A stretch of 64,000 nt of DNA from Acidimicrobiales bacterium (GCA_965224435.1 OZ245048.1:3914282-3978281), one strand, 5' to 3'. Positions 9,918-19,987 are shown, counted from the first letter of the stretch. Made by a program: numbers and translations. The notes: generated from the sequence alone by a model not told the origin.

Positions 9918-10115
9918 GGAAGACCCACGCCAACAAGCTCGCTGATATAGATCCCCAGATCCACGACCGCCGAGCCCTCGATTAGGGGTACGTAAGGCTA
10001 TTAGGAGAATGGAGGCGCTCCGCACGCCCGAGTCACTTCTCACAACGAGGGATGTTCCATCCAACCGCAGCGCTAACGTCTTCAGACGGCAACACGAGAT
10101 TCTTGGGAGTCAGCG

Positions 10116-11474
10116 GTGACAACAACGAAGGTGGTGATCATCGGTGGTGGCATTGCCGGCCTTTGTGCTGCCTATGACCTCCACCGTGCTGGCTGTGATG
10201 TCACCCTTCACGAGGCTGGCGATCGCTTCGGCGGCAAGATTCACTCGTCCAAGGTCGGTCACCGGATAGTCGATGCCGGTCCCGATAGCTTCCCTGCCCG
10301 TCTTCCCCAAGGACGCCAACTCTGCGAAGACTTAGGTCTCGCCTCGGAACTGACTAGTCCGGTTGCTTCAATTCCTTCGCTCATCCATCGTGACGGCAAG
10401 CTCTTCGAGCCTCCGAAGGGAACCGTGCTTGGTATTCCAACCGACTTTGAGGCGCTGGCAGAATCAGGACTGATCTCCTCTGACGGTGTGGCCCGCGCCG
10501 CCGAGGACCTCGAACTGCCGAGCACAACGATTGGTGACGATGCCTCGGTCGGCACCTACTTCCGGGCCCGCCTCGGTGACGAGGTCACAGACTGGCTTAT
10601 TGAGCCGACCATTGGGGCCTCCCACGCCTCTGACATCAATCGCCTGAGCCTGCGAGCCAGCTCAGCAGTTCTGTGGGACATTGCCACATCGAATCGTTCG
10701 ATCATCAAGGGCCTGCGTGATGCCCGCGGTGGTGTCGGCTCAACCCAGGGTTCAGCCGGGGTAAACGAACCGATCTTTTCGGGATTGCCCGGAGGCATTT
10801 CCAGAATTGTGGAACGGCTACTTGAAGAGTTGTCTGAGGCCGATCTTCGGCTGAACTCACCAATCGAAGATCTCAATTCGTTGGAATATGACCACCTCAT
10901 CATGGCGACACCGGCGTCGGCTACTTCCAAACTGCTCACCATCGTGTCTCCAGAGGCTGCTGAACTGCTGGACGGAATCGAGTACTCTTCCTTGGCTCAA
11001 GTAACCGTCGAGTTTGCTGAGGCTGCACTGAGCTCAATTCCCGAGGCATCAATGCTGTACTTCCCTGCCGTCGCTGGTGGAGTCTTATCCAATGCAACCT
11101 TGCTCAGCACGAAGTGGGCTCACTACGCCGATACCTCTGGCCATCGAAACACCGTGCTCATCCGGCTCACTTCTGGCCGTTCCGGAGACGGAAGAGCAAT
11201 CGGTCTTGACGACGAAACCATGACCAGCCGTCTAATCAGCGACTTTCGGACGGCAATCCAGGTCGATCAAGAGCCGCTGAATGCTCGAGTTATCCGCTGG
11301 CCGCAAGCGCTGCCCCACTACGCCCCCGGCCATGGCACCCGTGTCGAACAGATTCTGGCTTCGGTAGCCAAGGACGCCCCAAACATTCAACTGGTCGGCG
11401 CGGCCTATGGGGGAACCCAGCTGCCGGTCTGCATTGGCAGTGGTCGAGAAGCCGCCGCCCGTATCCTGGCTTGA
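10116..11474 (+). CDS. hemY: Protoporphyrinogen/coproporphyrinogen III oxidase (FAD, HemY/CgoX type)
   Basis: GTG start. FAD dinucleotide fold VVIIGGGIAGLCAAYDL. C-terminal GAAYGGTQLPVCIGSGREAA. Confidence 0.8.
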   Translation: MTTTKVVIIGGGIAGLCAAYDLHRAGCDVTLHEAGDRFGGKIHSSKVGHRIVDAGPDSFPARLPQGRQLCEDLGLASELTSPVASIPSLIHRDGKLFEPPKGTVLGIPTDFEALAESGLISSDGVARAAEDLELPSTTIGDDASVGTYFRARLGDEVTDWLIEPTIGASHASDINRLSLRASSAVLWDIATSNRSIIKGLRDARGGVGSTQGSAGVNEPIFSGLPGGISRIVERLLEELSEADLRLNSPIEDLNSLEYDHLIMATPASATSKLLTIVSPEAAELLDGIEYSSLAQVTVEFAEAALSSIPEASMLYFPAVAGGVLSNATLLSTKWAHYADTSGHRNTVLIRLTSGRSGDGRAIGLDDETMTSRLISDFRTAIQVDQEPLNARVIRWPQALPHYAPGHGTRVEQILASVAKDAPNIQLVGAAYGGTQLPVCIGSGREAAARILA

Positions 11475-12994
11475 TGCCATCCACCAAGGGTCGACTCGCC
11501 GACACCCTCACTGGTTCGGACTCTTTAGCAATCACACTTCGCTGCGCTGCTGCTGGCATCTGTATCGCTGCCGCTGTTCCTCCATGGGGATGGTGGCCCC
11601 TGGCTTTTGTTGGCTTCGCCATCTTCGATCGATTGTTGGCGGACACCACCTGGAAGCAGCGTTTCCGACGTGGCTGGCTCGTCACCGCCTGGTGGTTGTA
11701 CCCAGCCATGCTGTGGATGTTTGACCTCACTGCTCCCGGATATATCGCCGTGGTAGCAATCTTTGGTCTCTACTTCGGGGTCGCCACCGCCCTCACTCCC
11801 TCAGACCCAACTGTCAGGCGACTGGTATTCCCCGGTGCCTTTGCTTTGGCCGAGCTCACCCGCTGGTATGTGCCCTTTGGCGGGGTCCCCGTTGCCAATG
11901 TTGCCTTGGGCCAGGTCGACTCACCTCTGGGTCAGACTGCCCGACTGGCTGGTGCTGTTCTTGTTGTTGTGCTCGTGATCGTTGTTGGTCAGGCCATCTC
12001 GGCAGCACTCACTCAGGACTATCAGTCCGCAGGCATCGCTGCTGCTGTGGTCGCTGCCTTCTTGGTTGCAGCCGCTCTTCACCCGTCTGCAACCGTCGAG
12101 CGGACGGCCGATGTTGCCGTTATCCAGGGTGGCGGTCCGACCAGGACTCGGGCATCGCGGTCCCAGGAGCCCATTGTCCTTGCCCGGCATTTGGAAGCAA
12201 CGAAACAGCTGGAACAACCGGTCGACCTGATTCTGTGGCCCGAGAACGTAGTGAACCCTGGTGGCATCCTCGATATTGATGACGCCCGTGATCGAGTCAG
12301 CAATGTCGCAATCCAGCAGCAAGCCACCCTGCTTCCCGGCTGGTTCCACTCAGCGCCCAATGGCGTGAACACCGTCAACTACCACACCTCGGTCAACCCC
12401 GATGGAGAAGTGGTTGATCGCTACGACAAGGTTCAGATCGTTCCCTTTGGCGAATACGTGCCCTTCCGGAGCTTGGTCGAACTCCTCAATGACGAGATCC
12501 CTAACCGTGATGTGATTCGAGGCACCGAGCCGCCAGTCTTGGACACCCCCATCGGGCCCGTTGGTGTTGCAATCTCGTGGGAGGCGTACTTCGATCACCG
12601 CTCTCGACATGCTGTCCGAGAGGGCGCTCAGCTCCTGACCAACCCAACCAACGGGGCCACCTATTGGCTAACCCAAGTGCACACCCAGCAGGTGGCATCC
12701 AACCAGTTACGGGCGATCGAGAATGATCGCTGGCTTTTGATGGCCGGACCGACGGGCATGTCAGCAATCATTGCCCCTGATGGTGAGGTCATGCAGCGCA
12801 CGGGTATTGGTGAGCGTCGTAACCTGGTAGGCACGATCGAGATGCGCTCAGGTCGTACGCTGGCCAGCCGCATTGGTGCCTGGCCGGGTTTGGTCTATGG
12901 CCTGGTGGCTGTGTTGCTTGGACTGTGGACTCTGCGCTCGAGAAGCCAACCAGAGGCCCTGGTGGCAGAGACCTCGGGGCCAGACCACTCCTAG
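11474..12994 (+). CDS. lnt: Apolipoprotein N-acyltransferase homologue (Lnt; CN-hydrolase domain) with Ser at the catalytic Cys position
   Basis: The ATG overlaps the hemY stop (TGATG). N-terminal polytopic membrane region. CN-hydrolase motifs ILWPENVV (Glu), YDKVQIVPFGEYVP (Lys), and VGVAISWEAYF where ICxE is expected. Confidence 0.7.
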   Translation: MPSTKGRLADTLTGSDSLAITLRCAAAGICIAAAVPPWGWWPLAFVGFAIFDRLLADTTWKQRFRRGWLVTAWWLYPAMLWMFDLTAPGYIAVVAIFGLYFGVATALTPSDPTVRRLVFPGAFALAELTRWYVPFGGVPVANVALGQVDSPLGQTARLAGAVLVVVLVIVVGQAISAALTQDYQSAGIAAAVVAAFLVAAALHPSATVERTADVAVIQGGGPTRTRASRSQEPIVLARHLEATKQLEQPVDLILWPENVVNPGGILDIDDARDRVSNVAIQQQATLLPGWFHSAPNGVNTVNYHTSVNPDGEVVDRYDKVQIVPFGEYVPFRSLVELLNDEIPNRDVIRGTEPPVLDTPIGPVGVAISWEAYFDHRSRHAVREGAQLLTNPTNGATYWLTQVHTQQVASNQLRAIENDRWLLMAGPTGMSAIIAPDGEVMQRTGIGERRNLVGTIEMRSGRTLASRIGAWPGLVYGLVAVLLGLWTLRSRSQPEALVAETSGPDHS

Positions 12995-12998
12995 CTCG

Positions 12999-14144
12999 CT
13001 AGCTCACCTGTGGTTCGACCAGCTCGAGGGTGTCGGTTGGGTCGGTCAAGTTGCGGATCGAGAAGACGGCGAGACCCATGGTGATCATCAGGCTTCCCCC
13101 GATCCAGCCCAGCATGGTCGAGCCAGAAGTCTGAAGTACAAGGCCACCAAGTAGCGGCCCGAATACGCGGCCGATTGCCATCACGGCTTGGGCATCGCCT
13201 GCTCGTTCTTGGGGGTATTCCGAGCGTTCAGCCAGAATCTTGAACACGCCAGGGACACCCATCCAGAAAGCAAATCCCCACCAGGCGGCAGCAGCGGCAA
13301 AGATCCAGGTTGAGCTGGCGGTTGCTAGCAAGATTGCCATCACTCCCGTACTCATCAGCCACGGGCCAGGAATTCCCCGCTTCCCGGTACGTCCCGCACT
13401 GAGAGTCGAACACAGCGCGTTCAGACTGAAGACCCAGGCCACCTGTGAGGCCGACAAATCGAGACGTTGGGCGCCAATCACCACGGCATAAGTGAACACC
13501 GATGACCCTCCAAGGGTGAAGAGTCCAAGAAAGAGCAGCAGGATTCGAGCAACAAACACTGCCTGGTGTCGCTCGGAAGCGGGCCTTGGAGGATCGGCGA
13601 CACCGGTTGTCCGGTTGAAGATCAAGGGCCCAATCGCCAATAGCCCGAGGAACAAGAAGATCGAAGATGCCCCTCCCCTGGTCGCTACCAACGCGATCAA
13701 GGGTGAGGTCAAGACTCCAACGATCGGGCCAACAACGGCGATTTCGCCCATCCTGGCTTCATCACCAAAGACCTGCACCCAACCAAACCAGCTGATCATG
13801 CCCATCGAGATTCCAGATACGAATCTCAACGCAATCAAGATCGGGTAGGCAGGCAACAGGCTGGATGCGAGATTGGCGACCACCGCCAGCAGCAAGGCAA
13901 CGAAGAAGACCTTGCGAGTTGGGCTGAGATGACGCCCCGCCCCCCAGCTGCCAATCACGAAACCACCGAGCTGGAAGGTGCCGACGAAGGAGGTGAGTCC
14001 AAGCCCGATGCCGTAGTGATCCGAAATCAGCGGAAACAGGAACGGCGTCGAGACGAAGACCAGGGTGCTGAATCCTGTAGCCAACAAGATCCCGACCGAG
14101 ACCGTCGGATTGAGGAGGAGGCTGACTCGAACCGGGAGCTGCAT
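12999..14144 (-). CDS. MFS transporter
   Basis: 381 aa, about 12 hydrophobic helices, Gly-rich helix pattern typical of the major facilitator superfamily. Confidence 0.65.
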   Translation of the reverse strand: MQLPVRVSLLLNPTVSVGILLATGFSTLVFVSTPFLFPLISDHYGIGLGLTSFVGTFQLGGFVIGSWGAGRHLSPTRKVFFVALLLAVVANLASSLLPAYPILIALRFVSGISMGMISWFGWVQVFGDEARMGEIAVVGPIVGVLTSPLIALVATRGGASSIFLFLGLLAIGPLIFNRTTGVADPPRPASERHQAVFVARILLLFLGLFTLGGSSVFTYAVVIGAQRLDLSASQVAWVFSLNALCSTLSAGRTGKRGIPGPWLMSTGVMAILLATASSTWIFAAAAAWWGFAFWMGVPGVFKILAERSEYPQERAGDAQAVMAIGRVFGPLLGGLVLQTSGSTMLGWIGGSLMITMGLAVFSIRNLTDPTDTLELVEPQVS

Positions 14145-14194
14145 ACGGCACCCAGGCTAGTCAGTCCAGCCCGTACCGAGCCAGATTCGCGTCC

Positions 14195-14707
14195 CTAGTT
14201 CCAGTGATCTTCAAGACCAGGGAGCGGAGTGAATCCCTCGGCTGGGCCGACCTGAATAGTGGCGATTGCCGCCAGCGCTGGGTCGACGTACTTCAACGCT
14301 TCAGCCATCGTGGTGCATTTCTTCTGGATGGCTCGCTTGGATAGCGATCGAACCGCTCGAAGCTCAACCTCTTCGCCTGTAGCCAGCCGAAGCACTGGGA
14401 ACCACCATTTGATTCCTCGGGAGCGAACGAAACCCATGCCGAGGTCATCGATGTTCTCGATCAAGAACTCACTGCGACGGTCGATTCGAACGTACACCAG
14501 TCGCCCGGGGGTGAGTTCAACAAAGGCCAGTACCTTGACAAAGCTGAGGACCATGAACAGGTTGAGTCCGGCAAGAATGGGCCTGCCGTTCGCCATGTTG
14601 GGGTAGATGGACAGCAACCCGAAGAGGCCCATGAAGCTCATGCTCAGGGTGAAGTAGATCCCTGGCAGGATCCGCATCTTATTCATTAAGTACACCGCCC
14701 CTGACAC
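14195..14707 (-). CDS. Hypothetical membrane protein (2 TM hairpin + ~90-aa soluble domain)
   Basis: Long ORF in a locally AT-richer stretch. Two N-terminal hydrophobic helices, then a beta-rich segment ending in a helix. I recognise no motif. Confidence 0.4.
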   Translation of the reverse strand: MSGAVYLMNKMRILPGIYFTLSMSFMGLFGLLSIYPNMANGRPILAGLNLFMVLSFVKVLAFVELTPGRLVYVRIDRRSEFLIENIDDLGMGFVRSRGIKWWFPVLRLATGEEVELRAVRSLSKRAIQKKCTTMAEALKYVDPALAAIATIQVGPAEGFTPLPGLEDHWN

Positions 14708-14797
14708 TACGCATTCCTGTTCGATGCATGTCTCATAGATCGGCCGATTCCTGGGCAGCCTTTAGCAAGAGGTCAAGCCTGCCTAGGCCCCGACTTG

Positions 14798-15235
14798 CTA
14801 GAGCTCGATGTTGATGGTCACCGGCCCTTGGTTAAGTATCTCAACTTCCATGTCCGCTCCAAATACTCCAGCAGGAACAGCCAGTCCTTTGTCACGGAGA
14901 TTGAGAACGAGAGCTTCGATCAAGGGCTCGGCAACCTCAGGTCTGGCGGCTCCGATGTAGGACGGTCGGTTGCCTTTTCTGGCGTCGCCGTAAAGGGTGA
15001 ATTGGCTGATGATCAGGATGTCGCCAGCGATGTCCGCCACGGACAGATTCATCTTGTCTTCGGCATCAGAGAAGATCCGCAACTTGAACAACTTGTCAGC
15101 CATCTTGTTGACCTGGTCGAGGGTGTCGTCATGGGTCATTCCAATGAATACGCATAGGCCATGCCTAATTGATCCAACAACCTCGCCCTCAACAGACACA
15201 CTCGCTCGGCTGACTCGCTGGACTAGGGCGCGCAT
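14798..15235 (-). CDS. dtd: D-aminoacyl-tRNA deacylase
   Basis: MRALVQRVSRASV start, and the SQFTLYGD signature. Start taken at ATG 15235; the track ORF extends further upstream. Confidence 0.9.
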   Translation of the reverse strand: MRALVQRVSRASVSVEGEVVGSIRHGLCVFIGMTHDDTLDQVNKMADKLFKLRIFSDAEDKMNLSVADIAGDILIISQFTLYGDARKGNRPSYIGAARPEVAEPLIEALVLNLRDKGLAVPAGVFGADMEVEILNQGPVTINIEL

Positions 15236-17019
15236 GTTGAATAGGACCTCAGGGTTGCTTCGAGAAGGTTCAAGCTGTGGGCTAGGCCGCCGGGACGATT
15301 GCGTCCTAACCAAGCCCGCCGTTGCAGCGCGATTGCTCTTGTCAAGTCTTCGTGCATGACCGCTTCAGATTGACCATCAAGGCCGGACGCCTGGCCCGTT
15401 CGCCACAGGCCATGGCGGGCTAGTCGAATGGCGGCCAGCAATTCAAGTTTGACCTGATCCGCTTGATCACAAGTCGGTGTTGAGTTGACGATGTTGGCGG
15501 CCGAGAGATCGAGAGTCTCCAGAATCCCATCCAGCTCGTCGCTTGTTGTCTCCCCAGTGCCTGGAAACGGTGGCTCACAGAGCAAGTCGAAGAACAGGCC
15601 GCTGCCATTCAGACCCTTTCGACTCAGGCGATCGCTGATTCCGCCCAGAGCTTGCAACGCCGGGCCGATCAATTCGGTGTCGTCGCCCAAGACCTGGTTG
15701 CACACCGATGCGGCGGGAAGGTCTCGGTTGGATTCTGCACACCAGGTGATCGCACCACCAAAGATTATTGGCAACAGGCTGACGGACAAGGGCTGCATAT
15801 GGCCAGTGTCACCCCAGTCGGTGACGATGACTCCGGTAGCTCCCGCTGGGAGGGCAACATCAACGGCGTCAAGCAGGTTGGCCTTGGCGTGAGGCCAGCG
15901 ACCGATCAGCGAGTTCCATGTTCCCGTCCCTGGCGCAGCCCAGAACGGGTAGTCGGCCTCAACCAGCTGACGCGTCTGACTCTCGAATCCCAGGTACATG
16001 TCTTCGGGAAATCCGAACATCTCTGCCAACTCAGGAGTTGAAGCAAGAGAAGAAAGACCAGTCCCTGGCTCTGAGGGAGGGTCATACTGCCAGGCCAGGG
16101 CGGTAGCCATCTCCTTTGGAACTCTGGCCAACGGCTCAGGATGGATCCGAAACATGTCACCCCAGAACAAGACCTCATAGCCATCGTCGAGGAGGGGTTG
16201 CATGATCCGAAGTAGGTGATCGACGAACACATCACCCTTCGTTCGTTCTGCCACTGCCTGACGGCTCTCACCCAGACCGAGTTCCATTGGCTCATCGCAA
16301 CAGATATTCACCTTCTTGCTTCTCACCGTGCTGCTGAGTTCACGTACCAGTTCGAGGGCAAAATCAGCGTTGGCTTGGGTGGGTGCCAGAGTCAGCGGCT
16401 TGACATGGTTGCCATGAACGGGCATCTCGAAACCATCGGGGCACTCAGCCCGGTCTCGGTACTCCTCATGTCGGAGCCAGGGGCCCATGTGACCAAAGAT
16501 GTTGAGGCAAGGCACAAGCTCGATGCCATTGGCGGCACACAAGTCGTCCAACTCGCTCATCTCCGCTGCAGTCATGGGTGAAGCATCACGCCACACCACC
16601 TCATGATCACGAAAGGAAAAAGTGTGCTCGGTGTAGAGTTGGAGTTCGGTGTAGCGACACGTGGACAAGATCTGGACCAGCCACGCCAGAGTCTGCATTG
16701 TCGGAACCCGGTCTCGGCTGATGTCCAGCATGAATGCCCGGTTTCGAGTGTCGGGCCAATCAGAGATGCTCAGATCAGGCAGACCTGCCGGATACTCCGT
16801 TCGCAGCTGGTCCAGCGTGTCCTTGGCGTAGCGCAAGCCCAGGTCATCACGGTGTCGGATCTCGATTGAACCACCGGCAACCGACAACTCATAGCCCTGT
16901 GGTTGCACGGACGGGTCACGGGCAATAATTGCTTCCGCAACCGCTGACCCTTCCCTGGCGACGGTCGTTCCACGCACTTTCGTTTGGAGGACCAGACGAG
17001 GGCGGGGAAAGATCTGCAT
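15223..17019 (-). CDS. Glycoside hydrolase family 20-like protein (beta-N-acetylhexosaminidase family)
   Basis: RAFMLDISRDRVP, LQLYTEHTF and the NICCDEP acid pair resemble the GH20 catalytic domain. The stop overlaps the dtd start. Confidence 0.65.
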   Translation of the reverse strand: MQIFPRPRLVLQTKVRGTTVAREGSAVAEAIIARDPSVQPQGYELSVAGGSIEIRHRDDLGLRYAKDTLDQLRTEYPAGLPDLSISDWPDTRNRAFMLDISRDRVPTMQTLAWLVQILSTCRYTELQLYTEHTFSFRDHEVVWRDASPMTAAEMSELDDLCAANGIELVPCLNIFGHMGPWLRHEEYRDRAECPDGFEMPVHGNHVKPLTLAPTQANADFALELVRELSSTVRSKKVNICCDEPMELGLGESRQAVAERTKGDVFVDHLLRIMQPLLDDGYEVLFWGDMFRIHPEPLARVPKEMATALAWQYDPPSEPGTGLSSLASTPELAEMFGFPEDMYLGFESQTRQLVEADYPFWAAPGTGTWNSLIGRWPHAKANLLDAVDVALPAGATGVIVTDWGDTGHMQPLSVSLLPIIFGGAITWCAESNRDLPAASVCNQVLGDDTELIGPALQALGGISDRLSRKGLNGSGLFFDLLCEPPFPGTGETTSDELDGILETLDLSAANIVNSTPTCDQADQVKLELLAAIRLARHGLWRTGQASGLDGQSEAVMHEDLTRAIALQRRAWLGRNRPGGLAHSLNLLEATLRSYSTCAP

Positions 17020-17110
17020 CTCTATCGACAGTAACAGGTCGTGAACCTCGCTTCTACGTGATTAACGCGCAAGGTCTAAGTTTGCTCTGTCAGCTATGGG
17101 GGGACCATTG

Positions 17111-18211
17111 ATGAGCAACAAAACATCCAGCCAACCATCCGGGGATTTGGTTTGGGAATGGCACTTTCCGATCTCACCTGAGGATCAGCGCCGTCGTCTC
17201 CTCACGGCGGGTGGATTCTTCGGGGCTGGACTTACCTGTCTAGTCCTGGCCGCGTTCTCAATCAGTCAGGGTTCGTCTGGCACGAGCCGATTCAGCATTG
17301 TTCTTGGACTGCTTTTTCTGGGACTCCTTGCTCTAGGGGAGATGGAAACGAAACGGGCCCGGAGCACCGTCATCGGTCTGAACCGGATGGGGTTGTTGAC
17401 CTTCACCGACTCTCGGACCACGTCGAGCGTGGACCTTCGCACCAGCTCAGTACCGAGCATTCGCCGCAGAACCAGTCCGGCCAGGTGGCACTGGTCAATC
17501 GAACTGAACACACCAGATGCTGGGTGGCACCGTGAAATAGCAAATACGTCCAGCTACTTTCAGTTGTCGGAGTCTGAGGCCAAAGCACTGGAAGCCGATC
17601 TACAACACTGGAGTTCTTGGGCCCGAGGAGGGCAGACGATAGTCCAGACGCCACTAGCGGGGATCGGTGCCAGCACCCCGACTGCAGCAACGCCAAACCA
17701 GTTCCACTGGACTCCGCCCAGGCACCCTAAGGCCGATCGAAATCGACGGAGGCTCCGTATTGGTGTGGGTGTGTTTGCATTGCTGGTTGCGGTGTTGGCC
17801 GCCGTCAGTGAGTGGAAGAACGGACTCGCCGCGGTGGGGTTCTCGATGCTGACTCCCGTCATCATCTTGCTCGTTGGTGCTGGCCTTGACCTCTTGTTTC
17901 GTTCCGGCCAAGGGTTCACCATCGACATCAACGATGGACTACTCACTATCGGTCGTGGACGCGGCGAGTCGATCATCGTGCCCGTCCGCACCATCCGTTC
18001 CTTGAGCGTCGACTCCGCAACCTCAAGTGTGAATACGGGAGGGACTACACAACGCAGCACGATCTGGAAGCTCTCGATCCAGTCGGACCAAGACCCGAGC
18101 AAGCCCGAGCCCATTCTTGTTTTTATCCCAACTGGCTTTGGTAGTGGTTTCAATACCGATGAAGCAATCAAGCTCGAAGCCAGCCTTCGAGGTTCTCTGA
18201 GTCAGCTTTAG
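17111..18211 (+). CDS. Hypothetical membrane protein, internally duplicated (2 x [2TM + small domain])
   Basis: ATG 17111 is preceded by GGGGGA (alternative ATG at 17096). Two modules each begin with RRRL, followed by two TM helices and a domain of about 90 aa ending in an EAxxLEAxL helix. Confidence 0.45.
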   Translation: MSNKTSSQPSGDLVWEWHFPISPEDQRRRLLTAGGFFGAGLTCLVLAAFSISQGSSGTSRFSIVLGLLFLGLLALGEMETKRARSTVIGLNRMGLLTFTDSRTTSSVDLRTSSVPSIRRRTSPARWHWSIELNTPDAGWHREIANTSSYFQLSESEAKALEADLQHWSSWARGGQTIVQTPLAGIGASTPTAATPNQFHWTPPRHPKADRNRRRLRIGVGVFALLVAVLAAVSEWKNGLAAVGFSMLTPVIILLVGAGLDLLFRSGQGFTIDINDGLLTIGRGRGESIIVPVRTIRSLSVDSATSSVNTGGTTQRSTIWKLSIQSDQDPSKPEPILVFIPTGFGSGFNTDEAIKLEASLRGSLSQL

Positions 18212-18279
18212 CCGGCCCAGCGTGTGGTCGGCTGTCGACACCGACTTCAAAGCACCTCCCCGGTCGCAATCAATTGTTC

Positions 18280-19077
18280 CTACTTCGTAAGGACTATCAA
18301 GCCAATGGCGATGCTGATCAAGACCGCAGAAACCAGAATTACCGCTACGAACAAGCCGCCAAGGACCATGAAAGCTGCCTTCGTCGGGCTCTCCTTGATC
18401 TGAATCTCCAGCCAGGTTGGTTCCGTCGTCTTGGTTGGGGCCGCAACACTCTCCAGCGCTTCAATCAGCCGGAGTACCGCGTCAACCCAGTAAGCCACCT
18501 GCTCAGGAGAAAAGGCCCGCGTGTTGAGATGAAACTCAAAGGCCTCGGGGCCGAGACTTACCTTGGCGTTGGACTGCTCACCCTGATTGGGCAGCAGATA
18601 GACCAGCATGTTGGCTACTTCCTGGTTGAGAACCGCCTGGATTACCCAATCGGGTTCTGCGGCCCATGCGACCAGGTGATCAAGTGCCGGGGGCAAGGAT
18701 TCGATCTGTTCGACTCCCATGCGTCCGTTCAACCAACCAGCAATAGTACCGCCACGTGATTGATCACCCAGAACCATGCGAGTCTTGAGAGTGGTGGCAA
18801 GATTGATGCTCAGCCGATGACCGTCGTAGGACTGATAGCGCACCTCGCCAGTGTGCTTGGTCTTGGACCGGCGTCCACATGTGACGGTAAGTACCCTCCC
18901 CCGGTGGGTTCCCTGATAGGACTTCTGGCGGCCGGGCAAGGTCTGCTCTTGCAACCCGAGAGCCGTGCAATGAGGACCGATGTTTGCACTTAAGTCGGCC
19001 ACGACTTCCCCTCCAATCTCAATCCCAACAATCGCCTGGCGATTATCCTGACTAAACAATTCTTGGTCGACCCTCAC
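18280..19077 (-). CDS. Hypothetical tail-anchored membrane protein
   Basis: 265-aa ORF convergent with 17111..18211. Soluble N-terminal region of about 220 aa and one C-terminal TM (FMVLGGLFVAVILVSAVLISIAIGLIVL). No recognisable motif. Confidence 0.4.
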   Translation of the reverse strand: MRVDQELFSQDNRQAIVGIEIGGEVVADLSANIGPHCTALGLQEQTLPGRQKSYQGTHRGRVLTVTCGRRSKTKHTGEVRYQSYDGHRLSINLATTLKTRMVLGDQSRGGTIAGWLNGRMGVEQIESLPPALDHLVAWAAEPDWVIQAVLNQEVANMLVYLLPNQGEQSNAKVSLGPEAFEFHLNTRAFSPEQVAYWVDAVLRLIEALESVAAPTKTTEPTWLEIQIKESPTKAAFMVLGGLFVAVILVSAVLISIAIGLIVLTK

Positions 19078-19128
19078 ACCTATGCTGGGTAGCGATCCAC
19101 CTGTTCAACGCAAGAGTAAGGCACAAGC

Positions 19129-19923
19129 ATGAACGAGAGCGCAACCAGCCGATTCAACGACAAGGTCGTGGTAGTAACCGGCTCCGCTACCGGTATCGGC
19201 GAAGCCACCATGGCTCGCTTCGCCAGCGAAGGTGCCGTCGTGGTTGGCATGGACAACAACACAGCCGAGAACGAGGCGACTGCCGCTTCTGTCAATGCTG
19301 CTGGCGGCCAAGCGTTGGCCATCGACTGTGATGTTCGGTCCGAAGAGTCTCAGACTGCGGCTTTCGCCCAAGTTGTTGGGCAATACGGCCGAATCGATGT
19401 GCTGGTCACCAGTGCTGGAATCTACTGTGGTTCGGCTCTGGTCGACGTGCCGATGGAACGTTGGCACAATATCGAAGCCACCAACCTGACTGGCGTCTTG
19501 CTTTCCAACAAACTGGTTGCCCCGACCATGGTCAAGCAAGGGGCAGGGTCGATCATCAATATTGCTTCCATGGCGGCTAAGACAAGCTGGCCCTATTCGG
19601 CGGAGTACTCCGCCACCAAGAGCGGTGTGGTTGGCATCACCCGGTCGGTGGCCATGGAACTCGGCCCGAGCGGTATTACCGCCAACGCGGTATGCCCCGG
19701 CAACACAGTGACGGCGATGGTTCGTGGAGTGGCTCAGGAGATTGGGGCCACCATGGACATGACCGGCGAAGAGTGGCTGGCCATGCGGGCCAACGACACT
19801 GCCTTGAAACGCCTGGCTGAGCCGTGGGAAGTTGCCGGGCTTATCGCCTTCTTGGCGTCGGATGACTCTCGCTACATCACCGGCCAATCCATCGAAGTCG
19901 ACGGCGGCCTGATCCTCTCCTAG
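19129..19923 (+). CDS. SDR family oxidoreductase (classical, FabG-like)
   Basis: VVVTGSATGIGEA cofactor motif, and YSATK catalytic motif. Confidence 0.9.
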   Translation: MNESATSRFNDKVVVVTGSATGIGEATMARFASEGAVVVGMDNNTAENEATAASVNAAGGQALAIDCDVRSEESQTAAFAQVVGQYGRIDVLVTSAGIYCGSALVDVPMERWHNIEATNLTGVLLSNKLVAPTMVKQGAGSIINIASMAAKTSWPYSAEYSATKSGVVGITRSVAMELGPSGITANAVCPGNTVTAMVRGVAQEIGATMDMTGEEWLAMRANDTALKRLAEPWEVAGLIAFLASDDSRYITGQSIEVDGGLILS

Positions 19924-19987
19924 CAGCAGCTTCATTCCTGCCAGCCGGTCGACCACCGGAGGATCTCGACCTGTTACCGTCACCCGG

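Noticed and set aside
9918-10115. Looked for a rifamycin-associated element (GC-rich palindrome) upstream of helD, which would mark a HelR-type rifamycin-resistance gene.
   Set aside because: I saw no such palindrome in the 198-nt helD-hemY intergenic region. The gene is called as generic HelD only.
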